Below are positions 1 to 9,618 of a stretch of 64,000 nucleotides of DNA, piece after piece. Numbering within the stretch: position 1 is the stretch's first letter; every line of letters starts with the position of its first letter. The translations under genes were made by a program, and so were the position numbers. The notes under the pieces were generated by a model. It did not search any database and had not been told where the DNA came from. It worked only from the letters and a program-made list of their open reading frames with translations. The stretch covers positions 62,001 to 126,000 of the IMG/VR virus record IMGVR_UViG_3300042868_007959, one strand, 5' to 3'.

Positions 1-850
1 CATCATCATTATCGTCATCATCACCTATAAATGGTGAATAACTATTACTATATGTTTCAGTAATTATTTTTTTCTTATGAATATATTTTATATTACCCAA
101 ATGAGAAATTAATTTTTCACCTGCAATGAGAGAATCTGATACTTCACTGATAACCACATATTCTTGATTAGTATGTTGTTTGTAATAACCACAACCCAAA
201 TTAAGACAGTTGAAGTCGTATTTAGTTGCCAATTGATTAACGTCAGTAAATGGATCATTACTAAATTTAGTATAACCAGATTCGTTTAAAGTCGCCTTAA
301 TTTTATCCTTAAAATCTAAATCGAAAAGATTAACTCCCCAACAAACTTCACTTATCCAATTATTAGATGGTGCATCAAACTGAATTGCGTACCCCACATT
401 ATCAAAGAAGGCATCATCAGATTCTTTAGAACCTTTCATACCTATCTCTTCTTCAACAAAGAAAGCCCCTTTTAAGTTATCGAATTTGTTGAAGAGTTCT
501 AAACAAACAAAGACACCACACTTATCATCCCCACCAATACCTGTTTGTATTTCTGTAGTGGGATGAAAGGCAATTAGATTATCGTCATTTTCTTTAATGA
601 TTAGACGTTCTTTATTTTCAATTAAGGTAATATGTGATCTATGAACTGTATCCATATGTGAAACGACACAAGGGAAATGTTCTTGCGGATAGGTTACCAT
701 ACCCTTAGTAAGATAGAGATTACCTTTTTTATCGGTGTAATACTCTATACCGTTAGTTTTTGCAAACTCTATTATGTAGTCTCTAACCATACTTTCATCA
801 CCAGATATTGATGGTAGGGACAAAACTTCTTTTAAAAAATCTAAATTCAT
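1..850 (-). CDS. Zinc peptidase, M20/M28/M42-like (3' end outside window)
   Basis: Not in the ORF track because it runs off the window. Manual translation from ATG at 850: MNLDFLKEVLSLPSISGDE...SHMDTVH...GIGGDDKCG...VEEEIGMKGS...QH, the typical two-zinc peptidase ligand set. Confidence 0.8.
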   Translation of the reverse strand, partial: MNLDFLKEVLSLPSISGDESMVRDYIIEFAKTNGIEYYTDKKGNLYLTKGMVTYPQEHFPCVVSHMDTVHRSHITLIENKERLIIKENDDNLIAFHPTTEIQTGIGGDDKCGVFVCLELFNKFDNLKGAFFVEEEIGMKGSKESDDAFFDNVGYAIQFDAPSNNWISEVCWGVNLFDLDFKDKIKATLNESGYTKFSNDPFTDVNQLATKYDFNCLNLGCGYYKQHTNQEYVVISEVSDSLIAGEKLISHLGNIKYIHKKKIITETYSNSYSPFIGDDDDNDD

Positions 851-974
851 ATCTTATTTTTAGACAAATATATGGAATAGATTCCGAATAACCAAATTTT
901 TATTGATTTATTATTTACAAAATAATATTAATACTGATATTTATAATAATAACATTTTAAAAAAACTTAATCAA

Positions 975-1076
975 ATGGGTTGCGGTTGTAAAAAGAAAAA
1001 ACCAGTGGTTACTACTCAAAGTAGTAATCAAAGTACTACTCAAAGTAGTAATCAGTCAAATAATAGTGGTAACTAA
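975..1076 (+). CDS. 33-aa micro-ORF MGCGCKKKKPVVTTQSSNQSTTQSSNQSNNSGN
   Basis: Manual translation; internal 20-nt direct repeat; preceded by GATATTTAT motif at 936-944. Confidence 0.55.
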   Translation: MGCGCKKKKPVVTTQSSNQSTTQSSNQSNNSGN

Positions 1077-1499
1077 TTAAGTTAATTGATTTGCGGGTCC
1101 TCTAGCAGGCTCAACCGACCACGGTGAGCTATCTATTGGATTCGCAACTCCCCTATTTACATCTTTAAGAGGCCAAACAGTAGAAGATCCACCAGCAGGT
1201 GCACCTTCATCCTCCTCGTCTAATATTTCTTCATCAGTATAATCATCAATACCGATACCATATTCAGTTACGACAAGTCCGTACCCACCTTCTTTATCAT
1301 AGTACCCTAAATAGATATCATTATCATCATACACTACTGTTTCGTATGCATTACTATCAAACCTAAGTCTTTTAGGTTCACCATTAACCCATTTAAGTAT
1401 TTTCTTATACCAACTTTTAGGATCTTTGATTGTTTCACCAAATTCCCTAATTAGTATTTTTTTATATTGACTTTCTGTAATTATTATTTTCATCACCAA
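1077..1499 (-). CDS. Hypothetical protein with N-terminal ITESQ motif
   Basis: ORF track; MKIIITESQYKKILIRE; C-terminal duplicated W-x-RG-x-AN motif. Confidence 0.8.
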   Translation of the reverse strand: MVMKIIITESQYKKILIREFGETIKDPKSWYKKILKWVNGEPKRLRFDSNAYETVVYDDNDIYLGYYDKEGGYGLVVTEYGIGIDDYTDEEILDEEDEGAPAGGSSTVWPLKDVNRGVANPIDSSPWSVEPARGPANQLT

Positions 1500-1843
1500 T
1501 TTCTTTCTTTATTGTTAATAACATTTAGCAATTTAACTTTTATGTTTTTATTTCCAGTCATATCCATTATTTCCCCTTTTATATCATAGAAAAAACTACC
1601 TACATCTGCACTATCAAAAATAGAATCAATATAAATTATTAAACCAATTTCATTATCAAAAGAAGTTGCAACTTCGACATTTTCTACTATATCCAATATT
1701 TCACAATCAACATCCTCATCAGCATAATCCCAATCCTCATCTTCTGTAGCGTGTTCACACTTATCCCTTAAATTATTTAATGAGATGTCCACTATTTTTT
1801 GATAAACAGTTTTAAGTTGGTTTTCAGTTATTAAAACTTTCAT
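1493..1843 (-). CDS. Hypothetical protein with ITE motif
   Basis: ORF track; MKVLITENQLK; overlaps neighbours, consistent with coupling. Confidence 0.8.
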   Translation of the reverse strand: MKVLITENQLKTVYQKIVDISLNNLRDKCEHATEDEDWDYADEDVDCEILDIVENVEVATSFDNEIGLIIYIDSIFDSADVGSFFYDIKGEIMDMTGNKNIKVKLLNVINNKERNW

Positions 1844-2421
1844 TCTATTAATTTTATATAGGATTTATATTGATCTGGCGTCCAATCAGTTGAAAAATCA
1901 AATAAAGTATCTCTAGCCATATCCCTCACAAGTTCTGCATCATCCAAATCCCAATCCAAATCAGGAAACTGATTGGGGTATGTGTCCACTAACTCTATAT
2001 CATTAAAATTTCGATCTCTAATTTTAGAAATGACATTTTTTAATGCCTCTTGACGTGATCCTGCCCTAACAGTAATTTCATAATCTAAAAATGATCTAGC
2101 AGTAATTACAGTTGGTAAGTTAGCCTTTATTACATAAGTACCTTGAAATTCCAACGGAGTATTTAAAAATGTTTCATATTCCCCATCAGGTAAATCTCTA
2201 AATGTTTTTTCATAGTTATGTACTATTGTAGTTGCATCAACATCACTCAAATCCCAATTAAACATTAAATCTTCAATAGTTTTATCGGCATTAGTATAGA
2301 TATTTTTTAATGCCCTCATAATTCTTAGGACTTTTGGAGTGATTAAATCTCCAACAGACGATGATTCAGTATCCTCTTTAAATAATTTTTTATATTGTTT
2401 TTCAGTTAATTTAATTTTCAT
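1840..2421 (-). CDS. Hypothetical protein with LTE motif
   Basis: ORF track; MKIKLTEKQYKKLFKE. Confidence 0.8.
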   Translation of the reverse strand: MKIKLTEKQYKKLFKEDTESSSVGDLITPKVLRIMRALKNIYTNADKTIEDLMFNWDLSDVDATTIVHNYEKTFRDLPDGEYETFLNTPLEFQGTYVIKANLPTVITARSFLDYEITVRAGSRQEALKNVISKIRDRNFNDIELVDTYPNQFPDLDWDLDDAELVRDMARDTLFDFSTDWTPDQYKSYIKLIE

Positions 2422-2422
2422 C

Positions 2423-2803
2423 TTAAACGGTTTTTGTTAAAGTTAAATCTACACTAGATGATTTAATTGTGAATGTATTTAATTGTTTTTTGACATGTGA
2501 AATTATATCATTCATTTGATTCGTGTCTATATTAAAAGTTTTACCTGTACTATCTTTTACACCATAACCATCTTCAGTCTCCCATATATTTTTGATTAAA
2601 ACTCCACCATCATAAAATAAAGTGTTTACCTTTAATTTATAATAGTAAACCATATCTTTATACATCACTTTAAGTTGTCCAGAGTATTTACCATATTTCG
2701 GATCATCCCAATTAATAGGTACTGCACTAACCTTAGTATTGGAAACTATAATAGTTTCTATAAGTAAATTATTAAATTGACTTTCTGTAATAACTATTCT
2801 CAT
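2423..2803 (-). CDS. Hypothetical protein with ITESQ motif
   Basis: ORF track; MRIVITESQFNNLLIE. Confidence 0.8.
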   Translation of the reverse strand: MRIVITESQFNNLLIETIIVSNTKVSAVPINWDDPKYGKYSGQLKVMYKDMVYYYKLKVNTLFYDGGVLIKNIWETEDGYGVKDSTGKTFNIDTNQMNDIISHVKKQLNTFTIKSSSVDLTLTKTV

Positions 2804-3114
2804 TAATTAGTCTTTTCCTCGTCTTTATTTTTATGTCTTAATGAACCAATTGTTTCGATTACATTTAAAAATTTACCACCAAAAGTATAACCCGCAAATA
2901 AAACCATTGCATATTCTAAGGCATCTATGATAATTTGGAACTTATTTAAATCCAATGTATTTTCTTTACTAACACCTTTAAACATTAACACACCTAGTGT
3001 AATATAATATGCGATGATTGCCCACAACAGATATACTCTACTTTGAGAGTACATACCTTTTTCTGTAAGCATGTCTTTAAATATTTTCATAATTAATTTA
3101 ATTTTATTACTCAT
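2803..3114 (-). CDS. Two-TM membrane protein (holin-like, unverified)
   Basis: Two hydrophobic segments and a basic C-terminus. Confidence 0.6.
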   Translation of the reverse strand: MSNKIKLIMKIFKDMLTEKGMYSQSRVYLLWAIIAYYITLGVLMFKGVSKENTLDLNKFQIIIDALEYAMVLFAGYTFGGKFLNVIETIGSLRHKNKDEEKTN

Positions 3115-3160
3115 AAAATAAAACGTTTAAATTGTTATTATAATAAATATCTTTAAAAAC

Positions 3161-3186
3161 AAAAAACCCAACTAATGTTGGGTTTT
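3161..3186 (-). terminator. Intrinsic terminator
   Basis: AAAACCCAAC-TAAT-GTTGGGTTTT hairpin with U-run, downstream of trxA. Confidence 0.7.
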
Positions 3187-3190
3187 GATA

Positions 3191-3481
3191 TTATAAAATT
3201 TCTTTTATTTTTTTATTTAAGACAGATTCACTGAGAACACCACTATTCCTCCAAATCTGTTTACCCTCTTTAACTAAGACTATGGTAGGTATAGTCCTTA
3301 TCTGAAATTGAGCGGCGACACTCCTATCCTCATCTATGTTAATTTTTACTACTTCAATATCACTATTATTTTTTTTAAAACTTTCTATAATAGGATTCAT
3401 CATCCTACAAGGTCCGCACCATTCTGCCCAAAAATCAATCAAAACAGGTTTTTCTGATTGTAATATAGTTTCTAATTCCAT
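3191..3481 (-). CDS. trxA: Thioredoxin
   Basis: DFWAEWCGPC active site; IRTIPT cis-Pro motif. Confidence 0.95.
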   Translation of the reverse strand: MELETILQSEKPVLIDFWAEWCGPCRMMNPIIESFKKNNSDIEVVKINIDEDRSVAAQFQIRTIPTIVLVKEGKQIWRNSGVLSESVLNKKIKEIL

Positions 3482-3554
3482 CTATAAATTTTATTTAATT
3501 ATTATTATATTATAAATATAAAAGGGGATTAAAAATCCCCCTCTGAAATAATAT

Positions 3555-3980
3555 TTATTTTACTTCTAATACCTCTACGTCAAAAATTAATTTTTTACCT
3601 GCCATAGGATGGTTGGCATCAATTTTAACACCTTCCTCATTAATTTCGGTAACAACTACGTTTATTGTACCCTTATCTCCAGTAGATTGTAAGAAATCAC
3701 CTACATTAACTCCTTCAGGTGCTCTGTCATTAGGGATAATTGTTACTAACCCATCAAGATACTCACCATAACCTTCTTCAGGATCAATCTCGATAGTTTT
3801 TTTATCTCCCTTATTTAAACCAACTAAACCTTTTTCAAATCCATTGATTAATGTACCCTGTCCTAAAACTATATTTAAAGGTTCTCTACCTTCCGCTAAA
3901 GAAGTGTCGAATACTGTACCGTCCTCAAATCTTCCTGTGTAGTGGACTACTACACCCTTACCATTTTCTACTGTCATCAT
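3555..3980 (-). CDS. FKBP-type peptidyl-prolyl isomerase, SlyD/SlpA-like (no His-rich tail)
   Basis: VHYTGRFEDGTVFDTS...GFEKGL...DANHPMAGKKLIFDVEV. Confidence 0.92.
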   Translation of the reverse strand: MMTVENGKGVVVHYTGRFEDGTVFDTSLAEGREPLNIVLGQGTLINGFEKGLVGLNKGDKKTIEIDPEEGYGEYLDGLVTIIPNDRAPEGVNVGDFLQSTGDKGTINVVVTEINEEGVKIDANHPMAGKKLIFDVEVLEVK

Positions 3981-4028
3981 TTTATTTTTTTTAAATTATA
4001 ATGATAAAAAAATAAATAGTAAAGTATT

Positions 4029-4451
4029 TTATAATTTTATTTCGAACCTATCTTTCATTATTTGAATTTTGTCTTCAGGAACACCATGTTCATTTATACC
4101 TTCGTGTCTATTTTCTACAATAATTGAGAACACTTTATAATCATACTGTTTTGCCAACTCATAATAACGTTCCATTTCCCATTCTTGTGTAAATGTATTA
4201 GAAACTGCAATCTCTCTGTAGAAGTTATCGTTAATCAGTGAATCCTTCATATATGTTTCAACTGTATCCTGACAGAATTTATGTGCGTCTTTGATTTTAC
4301 TAAAATCAAAATTATATTCTCCAGTCTCTTTATCGACAAAATATTTGTCCGCCTCACAAACTAAAAAATCGTGTTCCACTAATCTTTTGGCGAATGTAGA
4401 TTTACCTGAACCAGGTACTCCTCTTACTATATATAAAATTTTATCATCCAT
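4029..4451 (-). CDS. P-loop kinase (AAA_33 / polynucleotide-kinase-like)
   Basis: IVRGVPGSGKST Walker A; EAD; VSNTFTQEWEM; NEHGVP. Confidence 0.85.
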   Translation of the reverse strand: MDDKILYIVRGVPGSGKSTFAKRLVEHDFLVCEADKYFVDKETGEYNFDFSKIKDAHKFCQDTVETYMKDSLINDNFYREIAVSNTFTQEWEMERYYELAKQYDYKVFSIIVENRHEGINEHGVPEDKIQIMKDRFEIKL

Positions 4452-4469
4452 TTTATTCTGATTTAAAGG

Positions 4470-4685
4470 TTAACAACTTTCTTGATATTCTTTTCCTCCT
4501 TGTGTAATAGCATCTAATACTCTAAATAAAGGAACTAATATAGTACCATTGGTATAGACTTCTTCTTTATCTTTAAAACTATAATCAATTATAAAATCAA
4601 TAATCTTAAGCTGCTCATCTGTCAATGTTGTAGAATCTAATCTACTTTTTACAGATATATCATTTTTTATTTCTTCTTTGTCCAT
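4470..4685 (-). CDS. Hypothetical protein
   Basis: ORF track 4470-4760; more likely start MDKEEIK at 4685. Confidence 0.6.
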   Translation of the reverse strand: MDKEEIKNDISVKSRLDSTTLTDEQLKIIDFIIDYSFKDKEEVYTNGTILVPLFRVLDAITQGGKEYQESC

Positions 4686-4790
4686 CTTATTTTGATTTAG
4701 GTAGTTTTTATTAGGATACGGATATTGCAATAATAGCGATAAAAGTAAACCATATGACAACTACGATTATTGTTACTAAATTTGGGTTTT

Positions 4791-4973
4791 TCATCTTTTA
4801 TATATCAAATAAGTTACTACCAAAATAACGATTAAAAGTAATACTGGTATCCACAATGGTGCAGTTACCCACCACCAACTCCAATCAACGTGATTAGTTA
4901 GTTTTAGAACCATAAAAATAAGGAATAGAATCATACCTAATCCTATCCCACTTGATGAACTGTTTTCACTCAT
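4791..4973 (-). CDS. Small membrane protein (LKL..vdWSWWWV.aPLW family common in phages)
   Basis: Two TM segments with WSWWWVTAPLW motif. Confidence 0.75.
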   Translation of the reverse strand: MSENSSSSGIGLGMILFLIFMVLKLTNHVDWSWWWVTAPLWIPVLLLIVILVVTYLIYKR

Positions 4974-4987
4974 AATTTATTATTTAT

Positions 4988-5644
4988 TTATATTCTTTTT
5001 TCGTGATGATCTTTTGGTAAACATAATTTTTTAATTGGTTGATTTTTAACAATGGTTAAAATTTCATCCAAAGATAAGGGACATAAATTATTACCATCTA
5101 CACCCACATCCAATGATTTACCGTCACCCAATCTTAAATTAGTTGGTAGGTGTACGTGACCATGTAAATGTATTGTACCATCATTCATACTATCCCACGA
5201 TGCAATTGGGTAGTGCATACAGACAAAAGAGTATTTGTCCATCAACCCCTTACCCAAAATAGATGGTCTACGAACATCTAAAAACAAATAGTCGTGTGTT
5301 GAGGAAAAAATATCTTGTATATCTTCTTTGTTTTTGCGAATGTGGTGATCGTGATTCCCATAAGTTAAATGAACATTCTTACAGATTATTCTATTACGAA
5401 ATTCCTCTATTTTCTCAAATCCACCAAAACTCCAATCACCCAAATGAATCAATACATCATCTTCACCAACAACCTCATTAATATTATTCACTAATGTGTC
5501 ATTCATATGATTGAGTGAATTAAACTTACGTGTTAGCTTTTCTGCACCAACCCAACCAGTTGTTGCAGAACAAATATTTGCGTGATTATAATGTGTATCA
5601 CTCGTAAAAAATAACCGTTGCCCTTTTTCTAATACTAATTTCAT
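4988..5644 (-). CDS. Calcineurin-like metallophosphoesterase
   Basis: SDTH, LGDWS, GNHD, HYP, HGHVH, DVGVD motifs. Confidence 0.92.
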   Translation of the reverse strand: MKLVLEKGQRLFFTSDTHYNHANICSATTGWVGAEKLTRKFNSLNHMNDTLVNNINEVVGEDDVLIHLGDWSFGGFEKIEEFRNRIICKNVHLTYGNHDHHIRKNKEDIQDIFSSTHDYLFLDVRRPSILGKGLMDKYSFVCMHYPIASWDSMNDGTIHLHGHVHLPTNLRLGDGKSLDVGVDGNNLCPLSLDEILTIVKNQPIKKLCLPKDHHEKRI

Positions 5645-5667
5645 TTTACAAATATATTTATAATTTT

Positions 5668-6318
5668 TTAATATTCCAAACTTTTAGGTAAAAATAATAG
5701 GGTTGGGTTCTTCTTTTGAATATCTAAGTTTGGGTATTCCTCTTTAAATTTCATCACGTCAAACTTCTTAGTGATTAAATGGTACCCATTTTTAGTTGGG
5801 ATAATAGCTTCAATCTTTGGACCAACTTCATGTCCAATTGGTATTCCTACCTCGTCAAATTTAACTTTGGTAATTGGATTACATTTATATTCAATAAATG
5901 CCATCATTACTGGACTAGGTATATGACTATCATCGATATCTATAATCCACCTCTTCTCGTGAGTTTTAATTTGACCAACAACTGAGTCAAATAAACCTTG
6001 TTGTTTATCTACACCATCTCTAATACGTTCTGCCAGTATCGCCAACATATTAAGGGAAACATCCTTATGGTTTTGTTTCTGAACATGAATATATGCCCTC
6101 GCCTTAAACATTTCACAAAGTTGTTTAATCTCGTCATACCTCTTTTCAAGATGATCAATAGATTCTATACAGTAAGTTTTAATTGTTCTTACTGACTGAT
6201 GATTATCTCTTTCCCCTTCAGGTTGATCCTTTTTACGTTTAAAAACATATAACATATAAAAATCACCTTTATCAGTGAAATGTAATAGTGGTTTTATTAA
6301 TTCTAAGTTATCTATCAT
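5668..6318 (-). CDS. Conserved phage protein with AEP/primpol-like motifs
   Basis: WIIDIDD (hhhDhD) and TKNGYHL (sxH) resemble AEP motifs I and II. Confidence 0.6.
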   Translation of the reverse strand: MIDNLELIKPLLHFTDKGDFYMLYVFKRKKDQPEGERDNHQSVRTIKTYCIESIDHLEKRYDEIKQLCEMFKARAYIHVQKQNHKDVSLNMLAILAERIRDGVDKQQGLFDSVVGQIKTHEKRWIIDIDDSHIPSPVMMAFIEYKCNPITKVKFDEVGIPIGHEVGPKIEAIIPTKNGYHLITKKFDVMKFKEEYPNLDIQKKNPTLLFLPKSLEY

Positions 6319-7370
6319 AGTTTCCTAAATTTTGGTTTTAAAGCACTCCATATAATTTTATCATAATCTTTACCATCCCACATCGCAAACATAATTGCCT
6401 TTGCAATTGGATGGTGATTCTTAATATGTTCCGCAAATTCTTTCTTAGTTGGTTCTACTTCTATATCACCGTATTTACCAAATCTAAAATAATCATAAGT
6501 TTTACCTAGTTGGTTATAGTATTGGTACCAATGATACCCCAAACTACTGGCGTAAGTTTTAATCTTACCATAAAATTCATCAGGAACATCTTTAAGAAAA
6601 TCTTCTATTTTACCACCACTAGATAAAATTTCCCATACAGTTGTAGTTGATACATTTGTCATTATTTTATGTAATCTGAGATATTCTTCACCCTTTATCT
6701 TCATTCTGTCACCATTAGAAAATTTAACTACATAACCCTCTTCATCATCTTTTATTATATTTTTTAAGGTAGTAAAATCAGTTATGCCATCATATTTTTT
6801 AACTACTCTGAATCCTATATTTTGAATTAAATTTTTTAATCTTAAATCTACATCTTCACTATGTAAGACAACTTCATTTTCGGTTTTAGTATTTATCATA
6901 CCTAATAACACTAAATCCTCAAAATCATACTGTACCACTATTCGATTATCATCGTATATGATTTCAAATAAATAAGTATAATCTTTATGTAACTTATCGT
7001 AATCATATTTTTGTAATAAATCAAAACCCTTTATAGATTGTTCAGAAGTGAATGAACCTCTAGTTGCCAATACCCATTGATCACCATAATGAAATAGAAT
7101 TCCTAATGAACCATCCATTTTATCATAAACGTCAAATTCAGATGTGGTAGTATGTTTACCTTCTTCCATATTAAAGAATTTTTTAAATGGTCTACCAACA
7201 ATATCACCATCGGAATTTGTTACTAATCCCCTACACATCAGAGTTATATTATCCCATAATGATTCGTATTGTACTTTTTCACTATAATTCCAAATAGTTA
7301 GATCCAAAGTAGGGTGAACTTGTTTATGTAATAAACCCTTATCAAAATATTCATTTAAAATTTCATTCAT
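6315..7370 (-). CDS. T4 Rnl1-type RNA ligase
   Basis: CRGLV, PFKKFFN, motif I KMDGSLG, LFEII, EGYVV, KIKGEEY. Confidence 0.92.
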   Translation of the reverse strand: MNEILNEYFDKGLLHKQVHPTLDLTIWNYSEKVQYESLWDNITLMCRGLVTNSDGDIVGRPFKKFFNMEEGKHTTTSEFDVYDKMDGSLGILFHYGDQWVLATRGSFTSEQSIKGFDLLQKYDYDKLHKDYTYLFEIIYDDNRIVVQYDFEDLVLLGMINTKTENEVVLHSEDVDLRLKNLIQNIGFRVVKKYDGITDFTTLKNIIKDDEEGYVVKFSNGDRMKIKGEEYLRLHKIMTNVSTTTVWEILSSGGKIEDFLKDVPDEFYGKIKTYASSLGYHWYQYYNQLGKTYDYFRFGKYGDIEVEPTKKEFAEHIKNHHPIAKAIMFAMWDGKDYDKIIWSALKPKFRKL

Positions 7371-7398
7371 AATGCAAATATACTATTTTTTTTTATAT

Positions 7399-7424
7399 AA
7401 AAAAACCCACATATGTGGGTTTTT
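7399..7424 (-). terminator. Intrinsic terminator
   Basis: AAAAACCCAC-ATAT-GTGGGTTTTT hairpin after NAMPT. Confidence 0.7.
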
Positions 7425-7444
7425 CTAAATATATGTTATTTTTT

Positions 7445-8959
7445 TTAAACATTTTCTAAAACCTTAGTCAATCTTTCTCTAATTTGAGTAAGGGTTGTTT
7501 GGTTATAAAATACACCATCTTCATAGATTGCTTTTAAATCACCAGTATTTTCACCCGACCAAGTTTGTTGATCAACTAATTTATACCCACCTTCACCTGT
7601 TGTTACTCTAAGTAATCCAGTTGCAGATTTTTTGGTACCATCGTCAGTGATTGGATCTTTGAATATTTCACGACCCTCAATTGAGAATGATGGACTTCCT
7701 GACTCCGCCATATGTTTAACTTCAACATAGGTTGCTTTCATTGCGAATCCAAATGTATCACGTGTGTTGTATTGGTAAGTGAATGAACCGATACCCAAAA
7801 CAACATTTGTTGATGCAAATCCTTTTGCTTCTAATCTAGCGCAAATTTCATTTGCTCTATCGATTGTAATTGAGTCGCCATAGATTGCTCCGATATGTGG
7901 ATCAAGTACTTTATAACCTTGTTCGTTTATTGTTCCACCGAATACATCCCAAAGCAATTCAATAACACCTTTAAGTTCAGGCATTAATTCGGTTCCTTTT
8001 TCATTACCTAATTTAATTCCACAAATAATATCAACTGGATCACCAGAGTCAGGACGAATAACCAATTTACCATCACGACTCATAATTTCTTCTTTCAAAG
8101 TAACTACGTGTTCAGTACATACTTTCCACAAGTCCCATGTATCGGATACTACTGAAAGGATTCCAGTTGGGTATGTTTCTAATAATCTACGGAATGTTTC
8201 TATTTCATCTTCTTTACCACCAGCACACATTACTGAATGTTCTGTCGCATTTACTGAACCACCAACAAAACCTTCTTCACCGTAATATTTACGAGCCCCA
8301 TAAATTGCTGGAAGTGAATCTGTTCCTGAGAATGATGTTAGATGTCCAATACCTGATGAAATAGTTGCATCGATTGAGTCTAATCCTCTCATTGAGAAGT
8401 CGTGTCCTTGCCAATCAACAAACCAAGCTCTTTCAGTATCGGTTTTTTCTTGCCAAGATGTTAATACCTTTCTGTAGTTATGTGCAATGGTTGCTGAAGT
8501 CATTGGTTTCCAAAGTAAGTTAGAGATAATCGTCTCCAAATAATTAGTTACCCAATAAAAATCAGGATGTGTATTGTAGATTGTTAACACAGGAATCTTT
8601 TCCCCAATTACAGAACCCTCCTCAATTGACTTTACCTTAATAGGTAAGTATTGTAAATCCCAAAGAGCTTCAAAATGTGATACATCATAATCTGTGTTAA
8701 GATACATAGATAATTCTTTTTTCATTTCTCCACAAACATGTTCTTTTGGTTGGTGGAAGAAATCTTTCTCGAATGATTCATGAATTATTTTCATAACCAT
8801 TTGTTGACCAAAAGACACTATCTCTTTACAGTGTTTTGGTGCGTGTTTCAAACTTCTAGGTGTGAAATTTGAATAGACTAATGTTGTACCCTTTGGATAC
8901 TGCTGATGATGTCCTGTTTTGTAACCATCTGTTAAAAGTAACGGATTGATGTTTCTCAT
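7445..8959 (-). CDS. nadV: Nicotinamide phosphoribosyltransferase-like (NAMPT/Namat)
   Basis: LLTDGYKTGH, HDFSMRG, NATEHSVM, SVVSDTWD, IRPDSGDP, IYGDSIT, GIGS, KKSATG. Confidence 0.95.
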   Translation of the reverse strand: MRNINPLLLTDGYKTGHHQQYPKGTTLVYSNFTPRSLKHAPKHCKEIVSFGQQMVMKIIHESFEKDFFHQPKEHVCGEMKKELSMYLNTDYDVSHFEALWDLQYLPIKVKSIEEGSVIGEKIPVLTIYNTHPDFYWVTNYLETIISNLLWKPMTSATIAHNYRKVLTSWQEKTDTERAWFVDWQGHDFSMRGLDSIDATISSGIGHLTSFSGTDSLPAIYGARKYYGEEGFVGGSVNATEHSVMCAGGKEDEIETFRRLLETYPTGILSVVSDTWDLWKVCTEHVVTLKEEIMSRDGKLVIRPDSGDPVDIICGIKLGNEKGTELMPELKGVIELLWDVFGGTINEQGYKVLDPHIGAIYGDSITIDRANEICARLEAKGFASTNVVLGIGSFTYQYNTRDTFGFAMKATYVEVKHMAESGSPSFSIEGREIFKDPITDDGTKKSATGLLRVTTGEGGYKLVDQQTWSGENTGDLKAIYEDGVFYNQTTLTQIRERLTKVLENV

Positions 8960-8979
8960 TTTTTATTTTTATTTATTTA

Positions 8980-9456
8980 TTATTCAAAGTTAGTGATAAA
9001 AAAGTTATCAGTCAAAAGATTTTCAATATTTTCATATAAAGGTATATTATATCTTTCACAAACTATTTCAACATTACCCTTTCTCCAAAAACCTTCTGGA
9101 CAACAAACCAATAGTTTCCCACTAGACGCATATAATCCTAATTCCAATAAAGATATCGGTGATTTTGAATCAGGTAATAAGTAAAGGATTATAATATCCG
9201 ATTTATTAAGTGCGTCTAATTCCCAATTAACTTGTTGATAGAACTGTGGGTTTTCTATTTTTTGTTCCCAAGAAGAATCCCATTCGTCTCTGCGTGGGTT
9301 TAGAATAGTATAAGGTATGTCTTTTAAAATTACAGTTACTTTCGTTTGCCAATCTTCTGAATTACCCATTTCAATTGTACCCGCCAAAAATACTTTAGTA
9401 AACCCTTTTTTACTATTTTTAACTACTGACTGAGGTGCTTTAATTACATTTTTCAT
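8980..9456 (-). CDS. Nucleoside 2-deoxyribosyltransferase-like protein
   Basis: VFLAGTI...DWQ...LNPRR...QVNWELDAL...SPISLLELG. Confidence 0.85.
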   Translation of the reverse strand: MKNVIKAPQSVVKNSKKGFTKVFLAGTIEMGNSEDWQTKVTVILKDIPYTILNPRRDEWDSSWEQKIENPQFYQQVNWELDALNKSDIIILYLLPDSKSPISLLELGLYASSGKLLVCCPEGFWRKGNVEIVCERYNIPLYENIENLLTDNFFITNFE

Positions 9457-9618
9457 TATTGTTTTTTTATATAAAATTTTCTATTAGGTTCATCATAATC
9501 TAAAGACATATCTCTAATTAGTGCCGAATATACCCAATTACATAACATTTCATTAGGACATATACAGACTAACTGATCATTTATTATTTCTCCATTATCA
9601 GGATCAATATCATTATAT

